Positions 43,201 through 57,600 of a stretch of 64,000 bases of DNA are shown here, one piece after another. Within the stretch, counting starts at the first letter, position 1; each line of letters begins with the position of its first letter. Both the position numbers and the translations under genes were made by a program. Source of the stretch: Auanema rhodensis (taxonomy: Eukaryota; Animalia; Nematoda); NCBI GenBank assembly GCA_964057225.1, contig CAXKVF010000093.1, positions 78,780-142,779 on the forward strand. The letters run 5' to 3'. Under the pieces are notes generated by a model. The model did not search any database. It saw only the letters and a program-made list of their open reading frames with translations, and was not told the origin of the DNA.

Positions 43201-45643
43201 TTCACGTAAATTTCAAAGTCATGGTTACCATGCACCAATATCAATAAAAATTTGTTTTTAGACTAATATGGACATGGGGAATCTAATTTTGAAAACCGCA
43301 TCTCTTTATCTTTCACGTGAAGCGAGTTACATACCAAGTGCACATCACGTGTACATTTAATTAGCATAAATTAAAGTTCACGTAAATTTCAAAGTCATGG
43401 TTACCATGCACCAATATCAATAAAAATTTGTTTTTAGACTAATATGGACATGGGGAATCTAATTTTGAAAACCGCATCTCTTCATCTTTCACGTGAAGCG
43501 AGTTACATACCAAGTGAAGCGAGTTACATACCAAGTGCACATCACGTGTACATTTAATTAGCATAAATTAAAGTTCACGTAAATTTCAAAGTCATGGTTA
43601 CCATGAACCAATATCAATAAAAATTTGTTTTTAGACTAATATGGACATGGGGAATCTAATTTTGAAAACCGCATCTCTTTATCTTTCACGTGAAGCGAGT
43701 TACATACCAAGTGCACATCACGTTTACATTTAATTAGCATAAATTAAAGTTCACGTAACTTTCAAAGTCATGGTTACCATGCACCAATATCAATAAAAAT
43801 TTGTTTTTAGACTAATATGGACATGGGGAATCTAATTTTGAAAACCGCATCTCTTTATCATTCACGTGAAGCGAGTTACATACCAAGTGCACATCACGTG
43901 TACATTTAATTAGCATAAATTAAAGTTCACGTAAATTTCAAAGTCATGGTTACCATGCACCAATATCAATAAAAATTTGTTTTTAGACTAATATGGACAT
44001 GGGGAATCTAATTTTGAAAACCGCATCTCTTTATCTTTCACGTGAAGCGAGTTACATACCAAGTGCACATCACGTGTACATTTAATTAGCATAAATTAAA
44101 GTTCACGTAAATTTGAAAGTCATGGTTACCATGAACCAATATCAATAAAAATTTGTTTTTAGACTAATATGGACATGGGGAATCTAATTTTGAAAACCGC
44201 ATCTCTTTATCTTTCACGTGAAGCGAGTTACATACCAAGTGCACATCACGTGTACATTTAATTAGCATAAATTAAAGTTCACGTAAATTTCAAAGTCATG
44301 GTTACCATGAACCAATATCAATAAAAATTTGTTTTTAGACTAATATGGACATGGGGAATCTAATTTTGAAAACCGCATCTCTTTATCTTTCACGTGAAGC
44401 GAGTTACATACCAAGTGCACATCACGTGTACATTTAATTAGCATAAATTAAAGTTCACGTAAATTTCAAAGTCATGGTTACCATGCACCAATATCAATAA
44501 AAATTTGTTTTTAAACTAATATGGACATGGGGAATCTAATTTTGAAAACCGCATCTCTTTATCTTTCACGTGAAGCGAGTTACATACCAAGTGCACATCA
44601 CGTGTACATTTAATTAGCATAAATTAAAGTTCACGTAAATTTCAAAGTCATGGTTACCATGCACCAATATCAATAAAAATTTGTTTTTAGACTAATATGG
44701 ACATGGGGAATCTAATTTTGAAAACCGCATCTCTTTATCTTTCACGTGAAGCGAGTTACATACCAAGTGCACATCACGTGTACATTTAATTAGCATAAAT
44801 TAAAGTTCACGTAAATTTCAAAGTCATGGTTACCATGCACCAATATGAATAAAAATTTGTTTTTAGACTAATATGGACATGGGGAATCTAATTTTGAAAA
44901 CCGCATCTCCTTATCTTTCACGTGAAGCGAGTTACATACCAAGTGCACATCACGTGTACATTTAATTAGCATAAATTAAAGTTCACGTAAATTTCAAAGT
45001 CATGGTTACCATGCACCAATATCAATAAAAATTTGTTTTTAGACTAATATGGACATGGGGAATCTAATTTTGAAAACCGCATCTTTTTATCTTTCACGTG
45101 AAGCGAGTTACATACCAAGTGCACATCACGTGTACATTTAATTAGCATTAATTAAAGTTCACGTAAATTTCAAAGTCATGGTTACCATGAACCAATATCA
45201 ATAAAAATTTGTTTTTAGACTAATATGGACATGGGGAATCTAATTTTGAAAACCGCATCTCTTTATCTTTCACGTGAAGCGAGTTACATACCAAGTGCAC
45301 ATCACGTGTACATTTAATTAGCATAAATTAAAGTTCACGTAAATTTCAAAGTCATGGTTACCATGAACCAATATCAATAAAAATTTGTTTTTAGACTAAT
45401 ATGGACATGGGGAATCTAATTTTGAAAACCGCATCTCTTTATCTTTCACGTGAAGCGAGTTACATACCAAGTGCACATCACGTGTACATTTAATTAGCAT
45501 AAATTAAAGTTCACGTAAATTTCAAAGTCATGGTTACCATGCACCAATATCAATAAAAATTTGTTTTTAGACTAATATGGACATGGGGAATCTAATTTTG
45601 AAAACCGCATCTCTTTATCTTTCACGTGAAGCGAGTTACATAC

Positions 45644-48600
45644 CAAGTGCACATCACGTGTACATTTAATTAGCATAAATTAAAGTTCACGTAAATTTCA
45701 AAGTCATGGTTACCATGCACCAATATCAATAAAAATTTGTTTTTAAACTAATATGGACATGGGGAATCTAATTTTGAAAACCGCATCTCTTTATCTTTCA
45801 CGTGAAGCGAGTTACATACCAAGTGCACATCACGTGTACATTTAATTAGCATAAATTAAAGTTCACGTAAATTTCAAAGTCATGGTTACCATGCACCAAT
45901 ATGAATAAAAATTTGTTTTTAGACTAATATGGACATGGGGAATCTAATTTTGAAAACCGCATCTCCTTATCTTTCACGTGAAGCGAGTTACATACCAAGT
46001 GCACATCACGTGTACATTTAATTAGCATAAATTAAAGTTCACGTAAATTTCAAAGTCATGGTTACCATGCACCAATATCAATAAAAATTTGTTTTTAGAC
46101 TAATATGGACATGGGGAATCTAATTTTGAAAACCGCATCTCTTTATCTTTCACGTGAAGCGAGTTACATACCAAGTGCACATCACGTGTACATTTAATTA
46201 GCATTAATTAAAGTTCACGTAAATTTCAAAGTCATGGTTACCTTGAACCAATATCAATAAAAATTTGTTTTTAGACTAATATGGACATGGGGAATCTAAT
46301 TTTGAAAACCGCATCTCTTTATCTTTCACGTGAAGCGAGTTACATACCAAGTGCACATCACGTGTACATTTAATTAGCATAAATTAAAGTTCACGTAAAT
46401 TTCAAAGTCATGGTTACCATGAACCAATATCAATAAAAATTTGTTTTTAGACTAATATGGACATGGGGAATCTAATTTTGAAAACCGCATCTCTTTATCT
46501 TTCACGTGAAGCGAGTTACATACCAAGTGCACATCACGTGTACATTTAATTAGCATAAATTAAAGTTCACGTAAATTTCAAAGTCATGGTTACCATGCAC
46601 GAATATCAATAAAAATTTGTTTTTAGACTAATATGGACATGGGGAATCTAATTTTGAAAACCGCATCTCTTTATCTTTCACGTGAAGCGAGTTACATACC
46701 AAGTGCACATCACGTGTACATTTAATTAGCATAAATTAAAGTTCACGTAAATTTCAAAGTCATGGTTACCATGCACCAATATCAATAAAAATTTGTTTTT
46801 AGACTAATATGGACATGGGGAATCTAATTTTGAAAACCGCATCTCTTCATCTTTCACGTGAAGCGAGTTACATACCAAGTGAAGCGAGTTACATACCAAG
46901 TGCACATCACGTGTACATTTAATTAGCATAAATTAAAGTTCACGTAAATTTCAAAGTCATGGTTACCATGAACCAATATCAATAAAAATTTGTTTTTAGA
47001 CTAATATGGACATGGGGAATCTAATTTTGAAAACCGCATCTCTTTATCTTTCACGTGAAGCGAGTTACATACCAAGTGCACATCACGTGTACATTTAATT
47101 AGCATAAATTAAAGTTCACGTAACTTTCAAAGTCATGGTTACCATGCACCAATATCAATAAAAATTTGTTTTTAGACTAATATGGACATGGGGAATCTAA
47201 TTTTGAAAACCGCATCTCTTTATCATTCACGTGAAGCGAGTTACATACCAAGTGCACATCACGTGTACATTTAATTAGCATAAATTAAAGTTCACGTAAA
47301 TTTCAAAGTCATGGTTACCATGCACCAATATCAATAAAAATTTGTTTTTAGACTAATATGGACATGGGGAATCTAATTTTGAAAACCGCATCTCTTTATC
47401 TTTCACGTGAAGCGAGTTACATACCAAGTGCACATCACGTGTACATTTAATTAGCATAAATTAAAGTTCACGTAAATTTGAAAGTCATGGTTACCATGAA
47501 CCAATATCAATAAAAATTTGTTTTTAGACTAATATGGACATGGGGAATCTAATTTTGAAAACCGCATCTCTTTATCTTTCACGTGAAGCGAGTTACATAC
47601 CAAGTGCACATCACGTGTACATTTAATTAGCATAAATTAAAGTTCACGTAAATTTCAAAGTCATGGTTACCATGAACCAATATCAATAAAAATTTGTTTT
47701 TAGACTAATATGGACATGGGGAATCTAATTTTGAAAACCGCATCTCTTTATCTTTCACGTGAAGCGAGTTACATACCAAGTGCACATCACGTGTACATTT
47801 AATTAGCATAAATTAAAGTTCACGTAAATTTCAAAGTCATGGTTACCATGCACCAATATCAATAAAAATTTGTTTTTAAACTAATATGGACATGGGGAAT
47901 CTAATTTTGAAAACCGCATCTCTTTATCTTTCACGTGAAGCGAGTTACATACCAAGTGCACATCACGTGTACATTTAATTAGCATAAATTAAAGTTCACG
48001 TAAATTTCAAAGTCATGGTTACCATGCACCAATATCAATAAAAATTTGTTTTTAGACTAATATGGACATGGGGAATCTAATTTTGAAAACCGCATCTCTT
48101 TATCTTTCACGTGAAGCGAGTTACATACCAAGTGCACATCACGTGTACATTTAATTAGCATAAATTAAAGTTCACGTAAATTTCAAAGTCATGGTTACCA
48201 TGAACCAATATCAATAAAAATTTGTTTTTAGACTAATATGGACATGGGGAATCTAATTTTGAAAACCGCATCTCTTTATCTTTCACGTGAAGCGAGTTAC
48301 ATACCAAGTGCACATCACGTGTACATTTAATTAGCATAAATTAAAGTTCACGTAAATTTCAAAGTCATGGTTACCATGCACCAATATCAATAAAAATTTG
48401 TTTTTAGACTAATATGGACATGGGGAATCTAATTTTGAAAACCGCATCTCTTTATCTTTCACGTGAAGCGAGTTACATACCAAGTGCACATCACGTGTAC
48501 ATTTAATTAGCATAAATTAAAGTTCACGTAAATTTCAAAGTCATGGTTACCATGCACCAATATCAATAAAAATTTGTTTTTAAACTAATATGGACATGGG

Positions 48601-51600
48601 GAATCTAATTTTGAAAACCGCATCTCCTTATCTTTCACGTGAAGCGAGTTACATACCAAGTGCACATCACGTGTACATTTAATTAGCATAAATTAAAGTT
48701 CACGTAAATTTCAAAGTCATGGTTACCATGCACCAATATCAATAAAAATTTGTTTTTAGACTAATATGGACATGGGGAATCTAATTTTGAAAACCGCATC
48801 TTTTTATCTTTCACGTGAAGCGAGTTACATACCAAGTGCACATCACGTGTACATTTAATTAGCATTAATTAAAGTTCACGTAAATTTCAAAGTCATGGTT
48901 ACCATGAACCAATATCAATAAAAATTTGTTTTTAGACTAATATGGACATGGGGAATCTAATTTTGAAAACCGCATCTCTTTATCTTTCACGTGAAGCGAG
49001 TTACATACCAAGTGCACATCACGTGTACATTTAATTAGCATAAATTAAAGTTCACGTAAATTTCAAAGTCATGGTTACCATGAACCAATATCAATAAAAA
49101 TTTGTTTTTAGACTAATATGGACATGGGGAATCTAATTTTGAAAACCGCATCTCTTTATCTTTCACGTGAAGCGAGTTACATACCAAGTGCACATCACGT
49201 GTACATTTAATTAGCATAAATTAAAGTTCACGTAAATTTCAAAGTCATGGTTACCATGCACCAATATCAATAAAAATTTGTTTTTAGACTAATATGGACA
49301 TGGGGAATCTAATTTTGAAAACCGCATCTCTTTATCTTTCACGTGAAGCGAGTTACATACCAAGTGCACATCACGTGTACATTTAATTAGCATAAATTAA
49401 AGTTCACGTAAATTTCAAAGTCATGGTTACCATGCACCAATATCAATAAAAATTTGTTTTTAAACTAATATGGACATGGGGAATCTAATTTTGAAAACCG
49501 CATCTCTTTATCTTTCACGTGAAGCGAGTTACATACCAAGTGCACATCACGTGTACATTTAATTAGCATAAATTAAAGTTCACGTAAATTTCAAAGTCAT
49601 GGTTACCATGCACCAATATGAATAAAAATTTGTTTTTAGACTAATATGGACATGGGGAATCTAATTTTGAAAACCGCATCTCCTTATCTTTCACGTGAAG
49701 CGAGTTACATACCAAGTGCACATCACGTGTACATTTAATTAGCATAAATTAAAGTTCACGTAAATTTCAAAGTCATGGTTACCATGCACCAATATCAATA
49801 AAAATTTGTTTTTAGACTAATATGGACATGGGGAATCTAATTTTGAAAACCGCATCTCTTTATCTTTCACGTGAAGCGAGTTACATACCAAGTGCACATC
49901 ACGTGTACATTTAATTAGCATTAATTAAAGTTCACGTAAATTTCAAAGTCATGGTTACCATGAACCAATATCAATAAAAATTTGTTTTTAGACTAATATG
50001 GACATGGGGAATCTAATTTTGAAAACCGCATCTCTTTATCTTTCACGTGAAGCGAGTTACATACCAAGTGCACATCACGTGTACATTTAATTAGCATAAA
50101 TTAAAGTTCACGTAAATTTCAAAGTCATGGTTACCATGCACCAATATCAATAAAAATTTGTTTTTAGACTAATATGGACATGGGGAATCTAATTTTGACA
50201 ACCGCATCTCTTTATCTTTCACGTGAAGCGAGTTACATACTAAGTGCACATCACGTGTACATTTAATTAGCATAAATTAAAGTTCACGTAAATTTCAAAG
50301 TCATGGTTACCATGAACCAATATCAATAAAAATTTGTTTTTAGACTAATATGGACATGGGGAATCTAATTTTGAAAACCGCATCTCTTTATCTTTCACGT
50401 GAAGCGAGTTACATACCAAGTGCACATCACGTGTACATTTAATTAGCATAAATTAAAGTTCACGTAAATTTCAAAGTCATGGTTACCATGAACCAATATC
50501 AATAAAAATTTGTTTTTAGACTAATATGGACATGGGGAATCTAATATTGAAAACCGCATCTCTTTATCTTTCACGTGAAGCGAGTTACATACCAAGTGCA
50601 CATCACGTGTACATTTAATTAGCATAAATTAAAGTTCACGTAAATTTCAAAGTCATGGTTACCATGAACCAATATCAATAAAAATTTGTTTTTAGACTAA
50701 TATGGACATGGGGAATCTAATTTTGAAAACCGCATCTCTTTATCTTTCACGTGAAGCGAGTTACATACCAAGTGCACATCACGTGTACATTTAATTAGCA
50801 TAAATTAAAGTTCACGTAAATTTCAAAGTCATGGTTACCATGCACCAATATCAATAAAAATTTGTTTTTAGACTAATATGGACATGGGGAATCTAATTTT
50901 GAAAACCGCATCTCTTTATCTTTCACGTGAAGCGAGTTACATACCAAGTGCACATCACGTGTACATTTAATTAGCATAAATTAAAGTTCACGTAAATTTC
51001 AAAGTCATGGTTACCATGCACCAATATCAATAAAAATTTGTTTTTAGACTAATATGGACATGGGGAATCTAATTTTGAAAACCGCATCTCTTTATCTTTC
51101 ACGTGAAGCGAGTTACATACCAAGTGCACATCACGTGTACATTTAATTAGCATAAATTAAAGTTCACGTAAATTTCAAAGTCATGGTTACCATGCACCAA
51201 TATCAATAAAAATTTGTTTTTAGACTAATATGGACATGGGGAATCTAATTTTGAAAACCGCATCTCTTCATCTTTCACGTGAAGCGAGTTACATACCAAG
51301 TGAAGCGAGTTACATACCAAGTGCACATCACGTGTACATTTAATTAGCATAAATTAAAGTTCACGTAAATTTCAAAGTCATGGTTACCATGCACCAATAT
51401 CAATAAAAATTTGTTTTTAGACTAATATGGACATGGGGAATCTAATTTTGAAAACCGCATCTCTTTATCTTTCACGTGAAGCGAGTTACATACCAAGTGC
51501 ACATCACGTGTACATTTAATTAGCATAAATTAAAGTTCACGTAAATTTCAAAGTCATGGTTACCATGAACCAATATCAATAAAAATTTGTTTTTAGACTA

Positions 51601-54600
51601 ATATGGACATGGGGAATCTAATTTTGAAAACCGCATCTCTTTATCTTTCACGTGAAGCGAGTTACATACCAAGTGCACATCACGTGTACATTTAATTAGC
51701 ATTAATTAAAGTTCACGTAAATTTCAAAGTCATGGTTACCATGAACCAATATCAATAAAAATTTGTTTTTAGACTAATATGGACATGGGGAATCTAATTT
51801 TGAAAACCGCATCTCTTTATCTTTCACGTGAAGCGAGTTACATACCAAGTGCACATCACGTGTACATTTAATTAGCATAAATTAAAGTTCACGTAAATTT
51901 CAAAGTCATGGTTACCATGAACCAATATCAATAAAAATTTGTTTTTAGACTAATATGGACATGGGGAATCTAATTTTGAAAACCGCATCTCTTTATCTTT
52001 CACGTGAAGCGAGTTACATACCAAGTGCACATCACGTGTACATTTAATTAGCATAAATTAAAGTTCACGTAAATTTCAAAGTCATGGTTACCATGCACCA
52101 ATATCAATAAAAATTTGTTTTTAGACTAATATGGACATGGGGAATCTAATTTTGAAAACCGCATCTCTTTATCTTTCACGTGAAGCGAGTTACATACCAA
52201 GTGCACATCACGTGTACATTTAATTAGCATAAATTAAAGTTCACGTAAATTTCAAAGTCATGGTTACCATGCACCAATATCAATAAAAATTTGTTTTTAG
52301 ACTAATATGGACATGGGGAATCTAATTTTGAAAACCGCATCTCTTTATCTTTCACGTGAAGCGAGTTACATACCAAGTGCACATCACGTGTACATTTAAT
52401 TAGCATAAATTAAAGTTCACGTAAATTTCAAAGTCATGGTTACCATGCACCAATATCAATAAAAATTTGTTTTTAGACTAATATGGACATGGGGAATCTA
52501 ATTTTGAAAACCGCATCTCTTCATCTTTCACGTGAAGCGAGTTACATACCAAGTGAAGCGAGTTACATACCAAGTGCACATCACGTGTACATTTAATTAG
52601 CATAAATTAAAGTTCACGTAAATTTCAAAGTCATGGTTACCATGCACCAATATCAATAAAAATTTGTTTTTAGACTAATATGGACATGGGGAATCTAATT
52701 TTGAAAACCGCATCTCTTTATCTTTCACGTGAAGCGAGTTACATACCAAGTGCACATCACGTGTACATTTAATTAGCATAAATTAAAGTTCACGTAAATT
52801 TCAAAGTCATGGTTACCATGAACCAATATCAATAAAAATTTGTTTTTAGACTAATATGGACATGGGGAATCTAATTTTGAAAACCGCATCTCTTTATCTT
52901 TCACGTGAAGCGAGTTACATACCAAGTGCACATCACGTGTACATTTAATTAGCATTAATTAAAGTTCACGTAAATTTCAAAGTCATGGTTACCATGAACC
53001 AATATCAATAAAAATTTGTTTTTAGACTTATATGGACATGGGGAATCTAATTTTGAAAACCGCATCTCTTTATCTTTCACGTGAAGCGAGTTACATACCA
53101 AGTGCACATCAAGTGTACATTTAATTAGCATAAATTAAAGTTCACGTAAATTTCAAAGTCATGGTTACCATGAACCAATATCAATAAAAATTTGTTTTTA
53201 GACTAATATGGACATGGGGAATCTAATTTTGAAAACCGCATCTCTTTATCTTTCACGTGAAGCGAGTTACATACCAAGTGCACATCACGTGTACATTTAA
53301 TTAGCATAAATTAAAGTTCACGTAAATTTCAAAGTCATGGTTACCATGCACCAATATCAATAAAAATTTGTTTTTAGACTAATATGGACATGGGGAATCT
53401 AATTTTGAAAACCGCATCTCTTTATCTTTCACGTGAAGCGAGTTACATACCAAGTGCACATCACGTGTACATTTAATTAGCATAAATTAAAGTTCACGTA
53501 AATTTCAAAGTCATGGTTACCATGCACCAATATCAATAAAAATTTGTTTTTAGACTAATATGGACATGGGGAATCTAATTTTGAAAACCGCATCTCTTTA
53601 TCTTTCACGTGAAGCGAGTTACATACCAAGTGCACATCACGTGTACATTTAATTAGCATAAATTAAAGTTCACGTAAATTTCAAAGTCATGGTTACCATG
53701 CACCAATATCAATAAAAATTTGTTTTTAGACTAATATGGACATGGGGAATCTAATTTTGAAAACCGCATCTCTTTATCTTTCACGTGAAGCGAGTTACAT
53801 ACCAAGTGCACATCACGTGTACATTTAATTAGCATAAATTAAAGTTCACGTAAATTTCAAAGTCATGGTTACCATGCACCAATATCAATAAAAATTTGTT
53901 TTTAGACTAATATGGACATGGGGAATCTAATTTTGAAAACCGCATCTCTTCATCTTTCACGTGAAGCGAGTTACATACCAAGTGAAGCGAGTTACATACC
54001 AAGTGCACATCACGTGTACATTTAATTAGCATAAATTAAAGTTCACGTAAATTTCAAAGTCATGGTTACCATGCACCAATATCAATAAAAATTTGTTTTT
54101 AGACTAATATGGACATGGGGAATCTAATTTTGAAAACCGCATCTCTTTATCTTTCACGTGAAGCGAGTTACATACCAAGTGCACATCACGTGTACATTTA
54201 ATTAGCATAAATTAAAGTTCACGTAAATTTCAAAGTCATGGTTACCATGAACCAATATCAATAAAAATTTGTTTTTAGACTAATATGGACATGGGGAATC
54301 TAATTTTGAAAACCGCATCTCTTTATCTTTCACGTGAAGCGAGTTACATACCAAGTGCACATCACGTGTACATTTAATTAGCATTAATTAAAGTTCACGT
54401 AAATTTCAAAGTCATGGTTACCATGAACCAATATCAATAAAAATTTGTTTTTAGACTAATATGGACATGGGGAATCTAATTTTGAAAACCGCATCTCTTT
54501 ATCTTTCACGTGAAGCGAGTTACATACCAAGTGCACATCACGTGTACATTTAATTAGCATAAATTAAAGTTCACGTAAATTTCAAAGTCATGGTTACCAT

Positions 54601-57600
54601 GAACCAATATCAATAAAAATTTGTTTTTAGACTAATATGGACATGGGGAATCTAATTTTGAAAACCGCATCTCTTTATCTTTCACGTGAAGCGAGTTACA
54701 TACCAAGTGCACATCACGTGTACATTTAATTAGCATAAATTAAAGTTCACGTAAATTTCAAAGTCATGGTTACCATGCACCAATATCAATAAAAATTTGT
54801 TTTTAGACTAATATGGACATGGGGAATCTAATTTTGAAAACCGCATCTCTTTATCTTTCACGTGAAGCGAGTTACATACTAAGTGCACATCACGTGTACA
54901 TTTAATTAGCATAAATTAAAGTTCACGTAAATTTCAAAGTCATGGTTACCATGAACCAATATCAATAAAAATTTGTTTTTAGACTAATATGGACATGGGG
55001 AATCTAATATTGAAAACCGCATCTCTTTATCTTTCACGTGAAGCGAGTTACATACCAAGTGCACATCACGTGTACATTTAATTAGCATAAATTAAAGTTC
55101 ACGTAAATTTCAAAGTCATGGTTACCATGAACCAATATCAATAAAAATTTGTTTTTAGACTAATATGGACATGGGGAATCTAATATTGAAAACCGCATCT
55201 CTTTATCTTTCACGTGAAGCGAGTTACATACCAAGTGCACATCACGTGTACATTTAATTAGCATAAATTAAAGTTCACGTAACTTTCAAAGTCATGGTTA
55301 CCATGCACCAATATCAATAAAAATTTGTTTTTAGACTAATATGGACATGGGGAATCTAATTTTGAAAACCGCATCTCTTTATCTTTCACGTGAAGCGAGT
55401 TACATACCAAGTGCACATCACGTGTACATTTAATTAGCATAAATTAAAGTTCACGTAAATTTCAAAGTCATGGTTACCATGCACCAATATCAATAAAAAT
55501 TTGTTTTTAGACTAATATGGACATGGGGAATCTAATTTTGAAAACCGCATCTCTTTATCTTTCACGTGAAGCGAGTTACATACCAAGTGCACATCACGTG
55601 TACATTTAATTAGCATAAATTAAAGTTCACGTAAATTTCAAAGTCATGGTTACCATGAACCAATATCAATAAAAATTTGTTTTTAGACTAATATGGACAT
55701 GGGGAATCTAATTTTGAAAACCGCATCTCTTTATCTTTCACGTGAAGCGAGTTACATACCAAGTGCACATCACGTGTACATTTAATTAGCATAAATTAAA
55801 GTTCACGTAAATTTCAAAGTCATGGTTACCATGCACCAATATCAATAAAAATTTGTTTTTAGACTAATATGGACATGGGGAATCTAATTTTGAAAACCGC
55901 ATCTCTTTATCTTTCACGTGAAGCGAGTTACATACCAAGTGCACATCACGTGTACATTTAATTAGCATAAATTAAAGTTCACGTAAATTTCAAAGTCATG
56001 GTTACCATGCACCAATATCAATAAAAATTTGTTTTTAGACTAATATGGACATGGGGAATCTAATTTTGAAAACCGCATCTCTTTATCTTACACGTGAAGC
56101 GAGTTACATACCAAGTGCACATCACGTGTACATTTAATTAGCATAAATTAAAGTTCACGTAAATTTCAAAGTCATGGTTACCATGCACCAATATCAATAA
56201 AAATTTGTTTTTAGACTAATATGGACATGGGGAATCTAATTTTGAAAACCGCATCTCTTTATCTTTCACGTGAAGCGAGTTACATACCAAGTGCACATCA
56301 CGTGTACATTTAATTAGCATAAATTAAAGTTCACGTAAATTTCAAAGTCATGGTTACCATGCACCAATATCAATAAAAATTTGTTTTTAGACTAATATGG
56401 ACATGGGGAATCTAATTTTGAAAACCGCATCTCTTCATCTTTCACGTGAAGCGAGTTACATACCAAGTGAAGCGAGTTACATACCAAGTGCACATCACGT
56501 GTACATTTAATTAGCATAAATTAAAGTTCACGTAAATTTCAAAGTCATGGTTACCATGCACCAATATCAATAAAAATTTGTTTTTAGACTAATATGGACA
56601 TGGGGAATCTAATTTTGAAAACCGCATCTCTTTATCTTTCACGTGAAGCGAGTTACATACCAAGTGCACATCACGTGTACATTTAATTAGCATAAATTAA
56701 AGTTCACGTAAATTTCAAAGTCATGGTTACCATGAACCAATATCAATAAAAATTTGTTTTTAGACTAATATGGACATGGGGAATCTAATTTTGAAAACCG
56801 CATCTCTTTATCTTTCACGTGAAGCGAGTTACATACCAAGTGCACATCACGTGTACATTTAATTAGCATAAATTAAAGTTCACGTAAATTTCAAAGTCAT
56901 GGTTACCATGCACCAATATCAATAAAAATTTGTTTTTAGACTAATATGGACATGGGGAATCTAATTTTGAAAACCGCATCTCTTTATCTTTCACGTGAAG
57001 CGAGTTACATACCAAGTGCACATCACGTGTACATTTAATTAGCATAAATTAAAGTTCACGTAAATTTCAAAGTCATGGTTACCATGCACCAATATCAATA
57101 AAAATTTGTTTTTAGACTAATATGGACATGGGGAATCTAATTTTGAGAACCGCATCTCTTCATCTTTCACGTGAAGCGAGTTACATACCAAGTGAAGCGA
57201 GTTACATACCAAGTGCACATCACGTGTACATTTAATTAGCATAAATTAAAGTTCACGTAAATTTCAAAGTCATGGTTACCATGAACCAATATCAATAAAA
57301 ATTTGTTTTTAGACTAATATGGACATGGGGAATCTAATTTTGAAAACCGCATCTCTTTATCTTTCACGTGAAGCGAGTTACATACCAAGTGCACATCACG
57401 TGTACATTTAATTAGCATAAATTAAAGTTCACGTAACTTTCAAAGTCATGGTTACCATGCACCAATATCAATAAAAATTTGTTTTTAGACTAATATGGAC
57501 ATGGGGAATCTAATTTTGAAAACCGCATCTCTTTATCATTCACGTGAAGCGAGTTACATACCAAGTGCACATCACGTGTACATTTAATTAGCATAAATTA

